Positions 8,680 to 18,315 of a stretch of DNA of 45,564 bases are shown in pieces; the first letter of the stretch is position 1; each line of letters starts with the position of its first letter. Both the position numbers and the translations under genes were made by a program. The DNA lies in IMG/VR virus record IMGVR_UViG_3300043748_000006, positions 1 through 45,564 of that record, one strand, 5' to 3'. The stretch is from a virus. Taxonomy: Duplodnaviria; Caudoviricetes. The notes under the pieces are model-generated. The model made no database searches and had not been told where the DNA came from. It saw nothing but the letters and a program-made list of their open reading frames with translations.

Positions 8680-9197
8680 GGTACTTCCTTCTTGAAGCTA
8701 ATCAGCTAGCACTTCCGGCGAAGTGTCACAGTTGCGGAAGTTGTGCAAAGGACAGGAAGTACGTTGACCTTCTTCAGATGGTCGACTATTACGGTTCCGT
8801 CTACTGGTGCATCTTCTGTTTCAAGGATGTAGCTTCCAACGTTGGTTTTGTTGAATCCGATGAGTTCGACAAGATGGGCGAAGAACTCACTAGATCCTTT
8901 GCAGATCGAGAGCAACTGGTAAAGCGAATTGGAACCCTTCGAAATGCATTGGCAGCTGTTCTTGCTAGTCCTGATATTTTTGACACTATTGACGGTCGTG
9001 ACATTGACCGCATTGTGGGTGCTTTCCAGGAAGCTCAGAAGCGACTCGAAGCAAATCGAGAATCTTCAACTGATGGTGAAGGATCTCGTTCATCTCGCAG
9101 CCGCCAAGGATCTAAGCGCGTACGCAACGTTGCAGCAGATTCCGACTCAGCAGATGATGAGCGAGACCCCGAGATTGCAGCCATTCTCGCCGAATGA
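8676..9197 (+). CDS. Hypothetical zinc-finger protein
   Basis: CHSC...CIFC pairs in the N-terminal half; coupled start. Confidence 0.65.
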   Translation: MRYFLLEANQLALPAKCHSCGSCAKDRKYVDLLQMVDYYGSVYWCIFCFKDVASNVGFVESDEFDKMGEELTRSFADREQLVKRIGTLRNALAAVLASPDIFDTIDGRDIDRIVGAFQEAQKRLEANRESSTDGEGSRSSRSRQGSKRVRNVAADSDSADDERDPEIAAILAE

Positions 9198-9270
9198 GGA
9201 AGTAAAGAAGTCCGATCTTTCCGATGTGATTGATCCGGACATCTTCAAGGAATTCGGTATGGAGTACTAA
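8944..9270 (+). CDS. Membrane-anchored hypothetical protein overlapping 8676-9197 out of frame
   Basis: Hydrophobic helix LFLLVLIFLTLLTVVTLTALWVL, then an amphipathic helix; stop codon abuts the portal SD (TAAGGAGG). Confidence 0.6.
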   Translation: MHWQLFLLVLIFLTLLTVVTLTALWVLSRKLRSDSKQIENLQLMVKDLVHLAAAKDLSAYATLQQIPTQQMMSETPRLQPFSPNEEVKKSDLSDVIDPDIFKEFGMEY

Positions 9271-9281
9271 GGAGGTGACAA

Positions 9282-11609
9282 ATGACGACTCCCAGTGAGC
9301 CGAAGAAGAGTGCAGTCGGGGATTATGCAGATCCTAATAATCCCCAACAGTTCACTCCCGATCAGCTTAAGAAGCTCATGTCTTCTAAGAAGGATGCTGA
9401 TCTAGAGGCTAAGGTTATTGCTTGGGTTAAGTCCGAGTACACGAAGTCTCGTACGGCCCGTGGATACCTGGAACGTCAGTGGTACATCAACATGGCGTTC
9501 TACTGTTCTCGTCAGAACGTATCCATTATGCCTTACTCGAATGGTTCTAGTCCTAGCATGGGGATTCGTCTTTACGTCCCTCCCGTGCCTAATTACCGTT
9601 CACGTCCCGTCTTTAACCGAATCCGTCCTATCATTCGTAAGGAACTTGCTAAGCTGACGGCTCAGAAGCCTACAGCTGTCATTGTTCCTTCTACTTCGGA
9701 AGATAGAGATCTGTACGCGGCACAGGCCGGTGAACAGATCTGGGATAGTGTTTATCGAGACAAGAAGATTTCACGTCCGTTTAACCAGGCAGTCTTTTGG
9801 GCGCTGACTACTGGCAACGGATTCATGAAGCATTACTGGAATCCTTCTGCTAAGGACCCACAGGGTAACGTCGGAGACTTCTGTTACGAGAATGTCTCTC
9901 CGTTTAACCTGTTCTTCCCGGATCTGATTACACACGACATTGAGAACCAGCCGTACATCATCCACTTGCAGACGCGAACTCCTCAGTGGATTAAGCTCAA
10001 CTATGGTATCGATGTTTCTCCCGATACCATGGAAGCTAGTGACATTCTTAATGATAGCTTCCTCACCCTTGTTGGTGCCTCTGGGTTTCGTAAGGATACC
10101 GTTCTAGTCTACGAAGTCTGGATGAAGCCCAATCAGAACTCACTTATGCCCAAGGGCGGTATGTTCACCGTCATTGGAGATAAGCTAGTTCAGTACGTGG
10201 ATTCGGGTATTCCTTACGTTCACGGTCAGTACCCGTTTACGCATATCCCGTCCATCCCTAATGGTCGTTTCTACGCTGATTCACTGATCAGTGACCTCGT
10301 TCCTGTTCAGCGAGAGTACAACCGGACTCGCGGACAGATCATCGAGAACAAGAACGCCATGGGTATGGTTAAGCTTATGGCAGCAGAAGGTTCGATCGAT
10401 CCTTCTAAGATTAACACTGCCCCGGGACAGGCGATCCTTTACAAGCTTGGCTTCCCTGTTCCTACCCCTGTCTCGCCTGTTCCGCTTCCCGCTTATGTTA
10501 TTCAGGAACTGGATCGACTTCTCCAGGACTTTGATGACATTTCCGGTCAGCACGATGTTTCTAACGGACAGGCACCTCCCGGTGTAACCGCTGCGACCGC
10601 TATTAGCTTCCTTCAGGAACAGGACGAGTCGATTCTCTCGTACATGTTCCAGAACATTGAAGATGCTTACGAGAAGATAGCTAAGCAGACTCTTTGTTAT
10701 GTGAAGCAGTACTGGACTGTTCCCCGCATGGTGAAGGTTGCGGGAACTACCAATCAGTTCAGTGTGATGGCTTTCCGAGGTTCTGATCTCGGAGATAACA
10801 CTGATATCCGTATGGAAGCTGGTTCTGCTCTTCCGACTTCTAAGGCCGGTAAGCAGGCACTTCTGATGGACCTCATGTCTCAAGGATTCGTTCCTCCGGA
10901 CAAGGGTCTTGAACTTATGGACATCGGTGGAGTTCAGCGTCTTTACGATCAGCTTCAGCTCGATCAGTCACAGGCCACTCGTGAAAACATGAAGATGGCT
11001 GCTGTTACTCCCGATGTTCTGATGCAGTACCAGATGATTAACTCAATGAACTCGATGTCCCCTGTCGCGAGTAATCCGATGGACCCGAGTTCTCAGAGTC
11101 TTGGAACTGCACAGGGAATGATTCAGGACTCTACTTCTCAGGGTCTTCCTGGTCAGCCCGGTATTCCTGATCCGAACAACATGCCCGCTGATATGCCACC
11201 TGCAATGGTTCAGCAGGCGCAGCAGCAGACTCAGGCTCCGCCTCTTATCGTTCCGGTTAACACTTACGATAATCACCAGATTCACGTTCAGGTTCACAAC
11301 GATTATCGTAAGTCTCAAGAGTTCGAGAATCTCACTCCTGAACAGAAGCAGTTGTTTGAAGATCACGTTAATCAGCATCTGACTTCAATGGGAATGCAGC
11401 CGGGAGCAACTCCGGAAGCACAAGCTTCTCAACAGCAGCAACAAATGCAACAGGGACTTGGTCCTCTTCCGCCTAATAATGGTTCTCCTGGCGGACCAGG
11501 TAATCAACCCCCTAACATTGACCCATCGGCGGGTCCTCCGCCAAGTCAGCCCCCAATGAATCAGCCTCCAATGAATCAGCCACCGATGGGAGGTATGCCT
11601 AATGGCTAA
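9282..11609 (+). CDS. Portal protein (podovirus type) with a long Gln/Pro-rich C-terminus
   Basis: Position after TerL; motifs NRIRPII, QREYNRTRGQI, DDISGQHDVSNG, TAATAI..LQE typical of P22-like portals. Confidence 0.88.
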   Translation: MTTPSEPKKSAVGDYADPNNPQQFTPDQLKKLMSSKKDADLEAKVIAWVKSEYTKSRTARGYLERQWYINMAFYCSRQNVSIMPYSNGSSPSMGIRLYVPPVPNYRSRPVFNRIRPIIRKELAKLTAQKPTAVIVPSTSEDRDLYAAQAGEQIWDSVYRDKKISRPFNQAVFWALTTGNGFMKHYWNPSAKDPQGNVGDFCYENVSPFNLFFPDLITHDIENQPYIIHLQTRTPQWIKLNYGIDVSPDTMEASDILNDSFLTLVGASGFRKDTVLVYEVWMKPNQNSLMPKGGMFTVIGDKLVQYVDSGIPYVHGQYPFTHIPSIPNGRFYADSLISDLVPVQREYNRTRGQIIENKNAMGMVKLMAAEGSIDPSKINTAPGQAILYKLGFPVPTPVSPVPLPAYVIQELDRLLQDFDDISGQHDVSNGQAPPGVTAATAISFLQEQDESILSYMFQNIEDAYEKIAKQTLCYVKQYWTVPRMVKVAGTTNQFSVMAFRGSDLGDNTDIRMEAGSALPTSKAGKQALLMDLMSQGFVPPDKGLELMDIGGVQRLYDQLQLDQSQATRENMKMAAVTPDVLMQYQMINSMNSMSPVASNPMDPSSQSLGTAQGMIQDSTSQGLPGQPGIPDPNNMPADMPPAMVQQAQQQTQAPPLIVPVNTYDNHQIHVQVHNDYRKSQEFENLTPEQKQLFEDHVNQHLTSMGMQPGATPEAQASQQQQQMQQGLGPLPPNNGSPGGPGNQPPNIDPSAGPPPSQPPMNQPPMNQPPMGGMPNG
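11547..11588 (+). repeat. Imperfect 15-bp tandem repeat (QPPMN x about 3) in the portal tail
   Basis: CAGCCCCCAATGAAT CAGCCTCCAATGAAT CAGCCACCGATG. Confidence 0.8.
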
Positions 11610-11859
11610 TAAGATGGTTGGAGCACTCGATGCTCTGTGTGTTCCTAACAAGCAGCGAACCGGTAAGGTTCACACTGGTTCGTCTCACGTTAGTTCTCCG
11701 GCTAATTACGCGAGTGTTGCTGATCTACGTTCTGCACTCCAGACGTTCAACGCTTCGTACTACACGAATGCACTTCTCGACAAGCTGACGACCAATGACA
11801 TGGTCTATGCGGCTCGTATCCATCTTGATGGTGGAACTTCTGCTAACGGAACCATTTAA
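11602..11859 (+). CDS. Hypothetical protein
   Basis: 85 aa ORF with SD GGAGG; overlaps the portal stop. Confidence 0.75.
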   Translation: MANKMVGALDALCVPNKQRTGKVHTGSSHVSSPANYASVADLRSALQTFNASYYTNALLDKLTTNDMVYAARIHLDGGTSANGTI

Positions 11860-11871
11860 GGAGTAAGAAAC

Positions 11872-12093
11872 ATGGCGGGTCTTCCTCCGTGGCTTGCAAA
11901 GGCCAAGGGTTCCGGTGGATCTCAGGCACAGGCCGCTGGTCCTAGTAACAGTAACAGTGGTGGCGGTAAGAGTGGTGCGATTCAGCGTCGCCGTGCCGCA
12001 CTTATGGCCAAGACTGATAAGAACGAGAACAGTAAGGCGGATATTGCAGCGGACAAGAAGGAAGCTGCTCTAGCTGCAAAGATGGGTAAGTGA
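11872..12093 (+). CDS. Small basic low-complexity protein
   Basis: SD AAGGAG; MAGLPPWLAK..., Gly/Ala/Lys-rich. Confidence 0.7.
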   Translation: MAGLPPWLAKAKGSGGSQAQAAGPSNSNSGGGKSGAIQRRRAALMAKTDKNENSKADIAADKKEAALAAKMGK

Positions 12094-12335
12094 TGAGTTA
12101 CTCAGATCTTGAGGATCTTTATAACCGATTCTCTTATCATTCGCCTGCCAATGAAGAGACTGGCAAGGCTCATGAGGCTATTAGGTCCATGTGTCTTGCT
12201 ATCGCAGAAGATCTTACTATGAGACTTCCTCATGGTCGTGAGAAGTCTCTTGCTATCACCAAGCTAGAAGAGGCAATGTTTTGGGCTAATGCGGCTATTG
12301 CTCGCAATCAGCCCAAGCCCGAATCTGTTGCCTAA
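12090..12335 (+). CDS. Acb2/Tad1-like helical hairpin protein (putative nucleotide-signal sponge)
   Basis: RFSYH...GREKSLAITKLEEAMFWANAAIAR resembles the Tad1 RE..ALT..EEA.MW helix. Confidence 0.65.
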   Translation: MMSYSDLEDLYNRFSYHSPANEETGKAHEAIRSMCLAIAEDLTMRLPHGREKSLAITKLEEAMFWANAAIARNQPKPESVA

Positions 12336-12388
12336 TTAAAACTTTCCGGTTTAGGGCCCGAGAGGGTACGAGCCACTAAGGAATTAAA

Positions 12389-13186
12389 ATGGATGACATT
12401 GCTGGTAACGAGCCAATCGTATCCGGTCAGGATGACACTACTGGTATCAATCCTGCTTGGAACGAAGCTCTTTCCGGGATTCCGGAAGCCTTTCACCAGC
12501 AGCTGACTCCTCACTTTCAGAAGTGGGATCAGAGTGCTAACTCTCGGATCGAAGAGCTGAATGGTCAGCTTAAGAACTGGGAACCTTATGGTGCGCTGAC
12601 TGAGCATGGCATTACGATGGATCAGGTTACTGATGGTCTTCGTATTATGCAGGAGCTCAATCAGAATCCAAAGGCCATTTACGATGCTCTCACCGAGCAT
12701 TATGGATGGGGGAGTAATCCCGCACAGGCAGCTGATCCCAATAACATCGGTACTCCCCCTGTTGCGGAACAGACTCCGTTCGATCTGAAGTCTACTCCTG
12801 AATACAACCAGCTTCAGGAACAGCTTAACCTTGTTTCTCAGCTTATGGTTCAGGAGCAGCAGGCTAAGCAGCATGCCGCTGAGGATGCGAAGCTTAACAA
12901 CGAGATTAACTCGGCCCTTGAGAAGTTCTCTGATGTTCAGCTCACACCTGACGTTGAGAACTTCATTCTTTCGCAGATGGAACACAAGGGTAAGACTGCT
13001 GATCAGGCTTTCCAGTCCTTCGTAGACTTCCGCAATTCATTGCAGCCAGCGCCGTTTGCACCTAATGTACTTAGTGCCAACGGTGGGGGAGTACCCTCTC
13101 AGGCCATCAATACTCGTAACCTTTCTGATGCCGACACGAAGGCTCTGATTGTTCAGATGCTTAAGGCTCAGAATGGTGTTCGATAA
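12389..13186 (+). CDS. Capsid scaffolding protein
   Basis: Acidic, helical, Gln-rich 265 aa protein immediately upstream of the capsid gene. Confidence 0.7.
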   Translation: MDDIAGNEPIVSGQDDTTGINPAWNEALSGIPEAFHQQLTPHFQKWDQSANSRIEELNGQLKNWEPYGALTEHGITMDQVTDGLRIMQELNQNPKAIYDALTEHYGWGSNPAQAADPNNIGTPPVAEQTPFDLKSTPEYNQLQEQLNLVSQLMVQEQQAKQHAAEDAKLNNEINSALEKFSDVQLTPDVENFILSQMEHKGKTADQAFQSFVDFRNSLQPAPFAPNVLSANGGGVPSQAINTRNLSDADTKALIVQMLKAQNGVR

Positions 13187-13196
13187 GGAGCATTAA

Positions 13197-14387
13197 ATGG
13201 GTGCTACCCTTGCCACTGCGGATAACATCCTCAAGGTTATCTATGAGGACAAGATTCAGGAGCAGATCCAGAATCTGACCAAGGCATCTAAGCGAATCGA
13301 GCAATCCTCGGAGGGTGTTTCTTCCAAGGTCGGTGGTAAGTACGTAGACTTCCCGCTGCATGTTCGTCGTAACAATGGTATTGGTGCTCGTAATGAGCTT
13401 GAGCAGCTTCCGACCGCTGGTAACCAGGGTTACGAGGAAGCTCGTATGAAGCTTGCTTATCTGTACGGTTCGATTCGTCTTACCGGCCAGGCTCTTAAGC
13501 TTGCTGATTCTGAGTTCCAGAGTTTCGCATCTGTTCTGAACGAGGAAGTTAACGGTCTCGTCCGTGACCTCGCTAAGGACTACAACCGTCAGATCTTCGG
13601 TACTTCTGTCGGTGCACTTCTTACGTCTTCCGGTACTTACGCAACTAACACCATTCCTACTGGCAACACCCAGTACATGGAAGTTGGTCAGCTGGTTGAT
13701 GTTTGGGATTCGACCGGTACTACGCAGAAGGCTACTGCCCGAAACGTTACCGCTGTTACTAAGAATGCTTCTATTGTCGTTGACGGCGCTGCTATCGCGA
13801 CAGGGGCTGCCGGTGACATCGTTGTTCGTACCGGTAACCTGAACCGAGAGATTATCGGTTTCTCTCAGATCGTTAGCGACACCGGTACTCTCCACAATGT
13901 GAACCCTGCCACGGTTCCTCTGTGGAAGAGTGTTATGAACAACAACGGTGGTACTACTCGTCCGCTGTCTGAGTCGCTGATGATTAACATGGTCGATGAT
14001 ATCTACACCAATGGTGGAGACACGACCGTTATTCTTACGAACCTCGGTGTTCGTCGTTCTTACTACAACCTGCTTGTGCAGCAGCGTCGTTACGAGAACA
14101 CGAAGGAGTTCGCTGGTGGTTTCAGTGGGCTGGCTTTCACTACCGACAATGGTGACATCCCGATCGTTACCGATGTCGACTGCCAGCCGAACCGTATGTA
14201 CTTCCTGAACGAGAAGTCCATTAAGATCTACCGTGAGAGCGACTGGTCTTTCATGGACATGGATGGTTCTCGTTGGCAGCGTGTCATCGGTTTCGATGCT
14301 TATGATGCCACTCAGTACAAGTACATGAACATGGGTACGCACCGACGTAACACTCACGGCCTGCTTTCGGATCTTATCGAGAGCTGA
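13197..14387 (+). CDS. Major capsid protein (HK97-fold)
   Basis: 396 aa, strong SD, optimised codon usage; capsid-like motifs (LYGSIRLTGQAL, IPIVTDVDC..NRMYFLN, N.HGLL.DL). Confidence 0.88.
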   Translation: MGATLATADNILKVIYEDKIQEQIQNLTKASKRIEQSSEGVSSKVGGKYVDFPLHVRRNNGIGARNELEQLPTAGNQGYEEARMKLAYLYGSIRLTGQALKLADSEFQSFASVLNEEVNGLVRDLAKDYNRQIFGTSVGALLTSSGTYATNTIPTGNTQYMEVGQLVDVWDSTGTTQKATARNVTAVTKNASIVVDGAAIATGAAGDIVVRTGNLNREIIGFSQIVSDTGTLHNVNPATVPLWKSVMNNNGGTTRPLSESLMINMVDDIYTNGGDTTVILTNLGVRRSYYNLLVQQRRYENTKEFAGGFSGLAFTTDNGDIPIVTDVDCQPNRMYFLNEKSIKIYRESDWSFMDMDGSRWQRVIGFDAYDATQYKYMNMGTHRRNTHGLLSDLIES

Positions 14388-14674
14388 TGTTTAATAACAG
14401 CGAAGTTCGAGACATCATCGATAATGCTTATCGTGAACGTGCACATCTAGTTGCTCATCTTGCATCTATCTACCCGTCTATCATGACAGATGCTACAGAT
14501 GAAGACTGGGCGATAGTCTACATCGATCTTCCAGAAGATGGTCAGGTTTCCTGGCACATTAACGAAGACGATGAGGAACTATTTACTCACGTTAAGCGTG
14601 ATTCGGTAGAGTGGGACGGACACACTACTGAAGAGAAGTACCAGCGACTGGATTCTGCTACACGTAGAAGCTAA
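14387..14674 (+). CDS. WDGH-family small phage protein
   Basis: Y.ER..LVA.LA...W.IVYIDLP..GQVSWHI...WDGHTTEEKYQRL signature. Confidence 0.65.
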   Translation: MFNNSEVRDIIDNAYRERAHLVAHLASIYPSIMTDATDEDWAIVYIDLPEDGQVSWHINEDDEELFTHVKRDSVEWDGHTTEEKYQRLDSATRRS

Positions 14675-14688
14675 TCCGTTTCATTGCT

Positions 14689-14728
14689 GAAAGGGCTATA
14701 AGAGACTAACATCTCTTATAGCCCTTTC
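14689..14728 (+). terminator. Strong stem-loop after the capsid operon
   Basis: 17-bp perfect stem GAAAGGGCTATAAGAGA/TCTCTTATAGCCCTTTC, 6-nt loop. Confidence 0.85.
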
Positions 14729-14743
14729 GCGTTAGGAGATATA

Positions 14744-15202
14744 ATGGCTAAGGCAACTATTAATGACCTCTGGTATGCGTATCTTCTTGGATCGCTTCCA
14801 CCTTCTCAGGGCGGAAGTGCTACCGGAACTGTAGTCCTTACTCCTCAGCAGGCTAACAAGTGGGGGACGAAGCAGAATGCAAATACATCTAGCGCTCCAG
14901 TTCAGTTTGCAGTTCTCGCAAATGTTACCGTTGCTGATGGTGCTGGTCTATACGTTGTGAAGATGACGTACGGATATGGTGCGACAGCGGAAGCCACGAC
15001 GTCTGACAATTTCCAGTTGGTTGTTAATTCGACTGGTGTTATCAGCCCTCCAGCCCCTGTCGCGACGAACAACACGATGTTTCCCCGTCAGGACTTCACC
15101 GTGAATCTTAACAACGGTGATGTTGTGAAGGTTATTACCAACATCGCCGCTAGTGCTTCTTCTGTTTACAAGACTATGCTCACGGTGGAGCGTATCGCGT
15201 GA
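14744..15202 (+). CDS. Hypothetical beta-rich virion protein (decoration-like)
   Basis: SD AGGAG; Thr/Ala/Val-rich beta-sandwich-like sequence in the structural module. Confidence 0.55.
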   Translation: MAKATINDLWYAYLLGSLPPSQGGSATGTVVLTPQQANKWGTKQNANTSSAPVQFAVLANVTVADGAGLYVVKMTYGYGATAEATTSDNFQLVVNSTGVISPPAPVATNNTMFPRQDFTVNLNNGDVVKVITNIAASASSVYKTMLTVERIA

Positions 15203-15654
15203 AGCTTCTCAATGATGGCTCGGTCTATTTTCCTACCGAGACAGGGCAGTGGGTTTCACGTAATCAGCAGCGTATAGCGGAAATCATCAGTGATTATGAT
15301 CCAAACCTCCGACTTCAGTGGATTCCAACCAATGAACGAGGGCCACAGGATTACGCTTTTCGAGTTGTTGACTTCACTCCAGGAAGGCCACCATACGCAG
15401 TCTGTTTTGGACACGAAGCCGACGAACGACTTCTCGCACAGATCTTTGCAGCAGATAACGCTAAGAATGGCGGGACACTTAATGTCCTAGACCGGATGAA
15501 TGCTGCTGCTGAACTTGTGCAGGCTAAGAAGAATCAGGAATCGATCGAAGAGGCCAACGAAATAGCTCATGCGATTCTTCGATCCCAGAAGATTCACTAT
15601 AAGCATGGTGGTATTGATTTTGGTAAGTGGGGAGGAGGTTTGATCGACCGATGA
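15199..15654 (+). CDS. Hypothetical protein
   Basis: Coupled GTGA start; 151 aa. Confidence 0.75.
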   Translation: MKLLNDGSVYFPTETGQWVSRNQQRIAEIISDYDPNLRLQWIPTNERGPQDYAFRVVDFTPGRPPYAVCFGHEADERLLAQIFAADNAKNGGTLNVLDRMNAAAELVQAKKNQESIEEANEIAHAILRSQKIHYKHGGIDFGKWGGGLIDR

Positions 15655-16319
15655 ACGTTGGCGACGTGATGACACGTGTTCGCAGAACGTTCGGTGATGA
15701 ATCCAGCGTTCAGATCACCGATCAGGACATTATCCGTTGGATCAATGATGCTCAAGAACACATCGTCCTTAATAATGAAGGACTGATGGAGACAAAGGCT
15801 TCGGCGGACATCGTTGCTAATCAGTCTGATTACAACGTGCCGGTTGATTTCAACATCCTTCGCTCACTGGCATATAAGGGTATTCGACTCAAGTCGTACT
15901 CGTTCAACGAGTTCAACGAGTACATCACGGGATTTCAGTCTGCGCCGGACCTTCAGCAGTACGGGCCCGGTATCCCGATTTGTTACATGGTGTGGAATCA
16001 GGTTATTACCATCTTCCCCACTCCAGCTCAGAGTGTGGGAAATGGACTCACCATCTTCTACATCAAACATCCAGCCCCTGTCGCGACAACTGCTGACAGT
16101 CTGAGTCTTCCACTTCAGTATCACAACGTGATTGTTGATTACTGTCTTCAGCAGGCTTACGAGCTTGATGAAGATGACGGTAAGGCGAGTCGCAAGGAGC
16201 AGCAGTTTACGAACAAGGTTCAGCAGTTGAATGACAGGAACAAGTGGACTGCTCAGGAGTATTACCCGAGCATTACGATTCTTCCTGACGACGCTAGTTA
16301 CGGATATTACGGGTACTAA
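15651..16319 (+). CDS. Head-tail adaptor (P22 gp4 / T7 gp11-like)
   Basis: I.RWINDAQ...Y.VP.DF...I.IFPTP...L.I.YIKHP...LP.QYH..IVDY pattern; ATG 15651 with SD GGAGG. Confidence 0.75.
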   Translation: MNVGDVMTRVRRTFGDESSVQITDQDIIRWINDAQEHIVLNNEGLMETKASADIVANQSDYNVPVDFNILRSLAYKGIRLKSYSFNEFNEYITGFQSAPDLQQYGPGIPICYMVWNQVITIFPTPAQSVGNGLTIFYIKHPAPVATTADSLSLPLQYHNVIVDYCLQQAYELDEDDGKASRKEQQFTNKVQQLNDRNKWTAQEYYPSITILPDDASYGYYGY

Positions 16320-18038
16320 ATGACTAAGCCGAAGCCAGCCCCGATCAATAAGTCATCAGAACTTAAGATTGGCCCTTTCGCCGGAGGTATCAACACCTGG
16401 TCTGATGCTTCAGCGATTGCAGATACCGAGCTCGTTGACTGTGTGAACTTCGACATTGACCTTGATGGTTCGTTGAAATCACGTCCCCCTGTCGCGAGTC
16501 TCTACAACCCGATCAACAACTCTTACACTTCAGGAACGTTCCTCGAAGCCAGTACTCAGGTTCTTGGAACGTTTGTTGGCAACTCTGGTGACCGAATCGT
16601 TCTATTTCAGTATGTCGAACGTATCCAGTCTCCGGATTCCGATAAGTTGTTTCTTGTTATCTACTTCATCGACGGACCTAATGCGGGTACCGCTCGAACC
16701 ATGACGACGATTACCGGTTCGTCTAACCCGTTTACCAGTATGACCAGGTACAAGAACACGCTGTATCTGACACGTAGTCTTGGTGGTGGAGCGAAGATTG
16801 ATATCGGAGCTCTCGCCTACACGGATCTTCCAAGTATGCCTTGGGGATCTAAGGGTCTGATTTACAAGGAACGTCTGTTTCTTGTTGGAGATCAGGGTTA
16901 CAACTACTCGCGTATGGTCTTCTCGGATGTTGGTAATCCTGAGAACTTTCCCGCGGCTAACTTTTTCGACATTCGTCCTGGTGATGGTGAAACACTTAAC
17001 GATTTCATTCTCTATCAGGATAACCTGATTCTCTTCAAGAATAGTTCGATCTGGGTCTTCTCGTACGATACTCAACCGCAGCAGGCCGTTCTTCAGCAGT
17101 TGCATAACAATCTTGGCGTAGAGAACCGTTGGTCTCTCTGCCTGTACGAGAATGTTATCTACTTTTTGAAGTACAACCAGGTCTATCAGATTTCCAATTT
17201 CCAATTTACTCGTATCAGTACGAAGATTATCTTCGAAGATGATAGGACTCTTCCGAACGGAACAGGAACTAACTGGGCTGATACTCAGTGGAAATATCCC
17301 AACTGGATGTCTCTGGTGGGGGATAGGCTTATAGTTCGGTTTTATAACCGACTTTATTCTTACTGTCTTCGTACACGAGCATGGGCTCGATGGGATAGTC
17401 AGGATAACAACATTAAATACATGGGTCAGATCGTAAAGGTTAATACCGCTGGGGTTCTCTCGCGACAGGGGTATGACTCTTACGTGATGGGAAGTTCTCT
17501 AACGAAACCCCCCTACCCAGGTATTTACAACTACTGCATCCCGACCACGATGATTCTTCGTGACTTCTATCTTCCAACCGGAACGGAAGGAGTTACGTAC
17601 CTCACTGGTCCGGCTCAAGTCTTCGATATCCTCTTGAAGATCAAGACTAAAATCTATGACATCGGTCTTAGTCATCGATTCAAGAGACTCATGCATTGGG
17701 GTTGTGACATCGTTACGGGTCAGAACGTAACTGGAACACTCAATCCCTATTCATTGGCGTATCGAGTCACCTGGGCGCAACTTCTCACGGTTGCATGGAA
17801 TCAGACGCAGACTTGGGGCTATCCTCTTTTCCAACAGCCGAGCACGGTACAGACGGCTGTCGCAGATGTCGGTGTCTATCGTCGATACATCAGATTTCCC
17901 AAATCACTTAGGTTCCGACTTCTTCAGTTTGAGGTATCACTGAGGACTGTTGGAAACACTAAGGACGGTCCTGCCCGACTCTACTCTCTTACTGCATTCA
18001 TCATGCAGAAGCAGTTGGCACCTAAGGGAGTTAACTAA
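16320..18038 (+). CDS. Tail nozzle / DNA stabilisation protein (P22 gp10 / T7 gp12-like)
   Basis: FAGGIN...NFDIDLDGSLKSRP N-terminus; beta-propeller-like YKERLF...FSDVGNPE; IKTKIYD C-terminal motif. Confidence 0.75.
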   Translation: MTKPKPAPINKSSELKIGPFAGGINTWSDASAIADTELVDCVNFDIDLDGSLKSRPPVASLYNPINNSYTSGTFLEASTQVLGTFVGNSGDRIVLFQYVERIQSPDSDKLFLVIYFIDGPNAGTARTMTTITGSSNPFTSMTRYKNTLYLTRSLGGGAKIDIGALAYTDLPSMPWGSKGLIYKERLFLVGDQGYNYSRMVFSDVGNPENFPAANFFDIRPGDGETLNDFILYQDNLILFKNSSIWVFSYDTQPQQAVLQQLHNNLGVENRWSLCLYENVIYFLKYNQVYQISNFQFTRISTKIIFEDDRTLPNGTGTNWADTQWKYPNWMSLVGDRLIVRFYNRLYSYCLRTRAWARWDSQDNNIKYMGQIVKVNTAGVLSRQGYDSYVMGSSLTKPPYPGIYNYCIPTTMILRDFYLPTGTEGVTYLTGPAQVFDILLKIKTKIYDIGLSHRFKRLMHWGCDIVTGQNVTGTLNPYSLAYRVTWAQLLTVAWNQTQTWGYPLFQQPSTVQTAVADVGVYRRYIRFPKSLRFRLLQFEVSLRTVGNTKDGPARLYSLTAFIMQKQLAPKGVN

Positions 18039-18039
18039 C

Positions 18040-18315
18040 ATGATGGTGGATCTATTTGGAAATAGTCGAGTCCCAAATCCCCCACCTGGAACACCGGTTG
18101 GTTCGGTGGCCAGTTATGCAGCGGGTGACAAGAGTTATGGTGCAGGAAGGCCGATGCCAAATATCGGACCTGTTTCTGGTCAAGGAATGCTCGGCTACAG
18201 TCAACGTGATAACCAAGCCCAAGCAAGAAAGAACGCAATCTTGCGAAGGCTTCAAGGACAGGGAACCGGAAACCCGATGAATCAGCAGGTTCTTAACTAC
18301 CAGATGGGAACCTAA
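18040..18315 (+). CDS. Small hypothetical (possible internal virion) protein
   Basis: SD GGGAG; YAAGDKSYGAGRPMPNIGPV...RDNQAQARKNAILRRLQ. Confidence 0.65.
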   Translation: MMVDLFGNSRVPNPPPGTPVGSVASYAAGDKSYGAGRPMPNIGPVSGQGMLGYSQRDNQAQARKNAILRRLQGQGTGNPMNQQVLNYQMGT

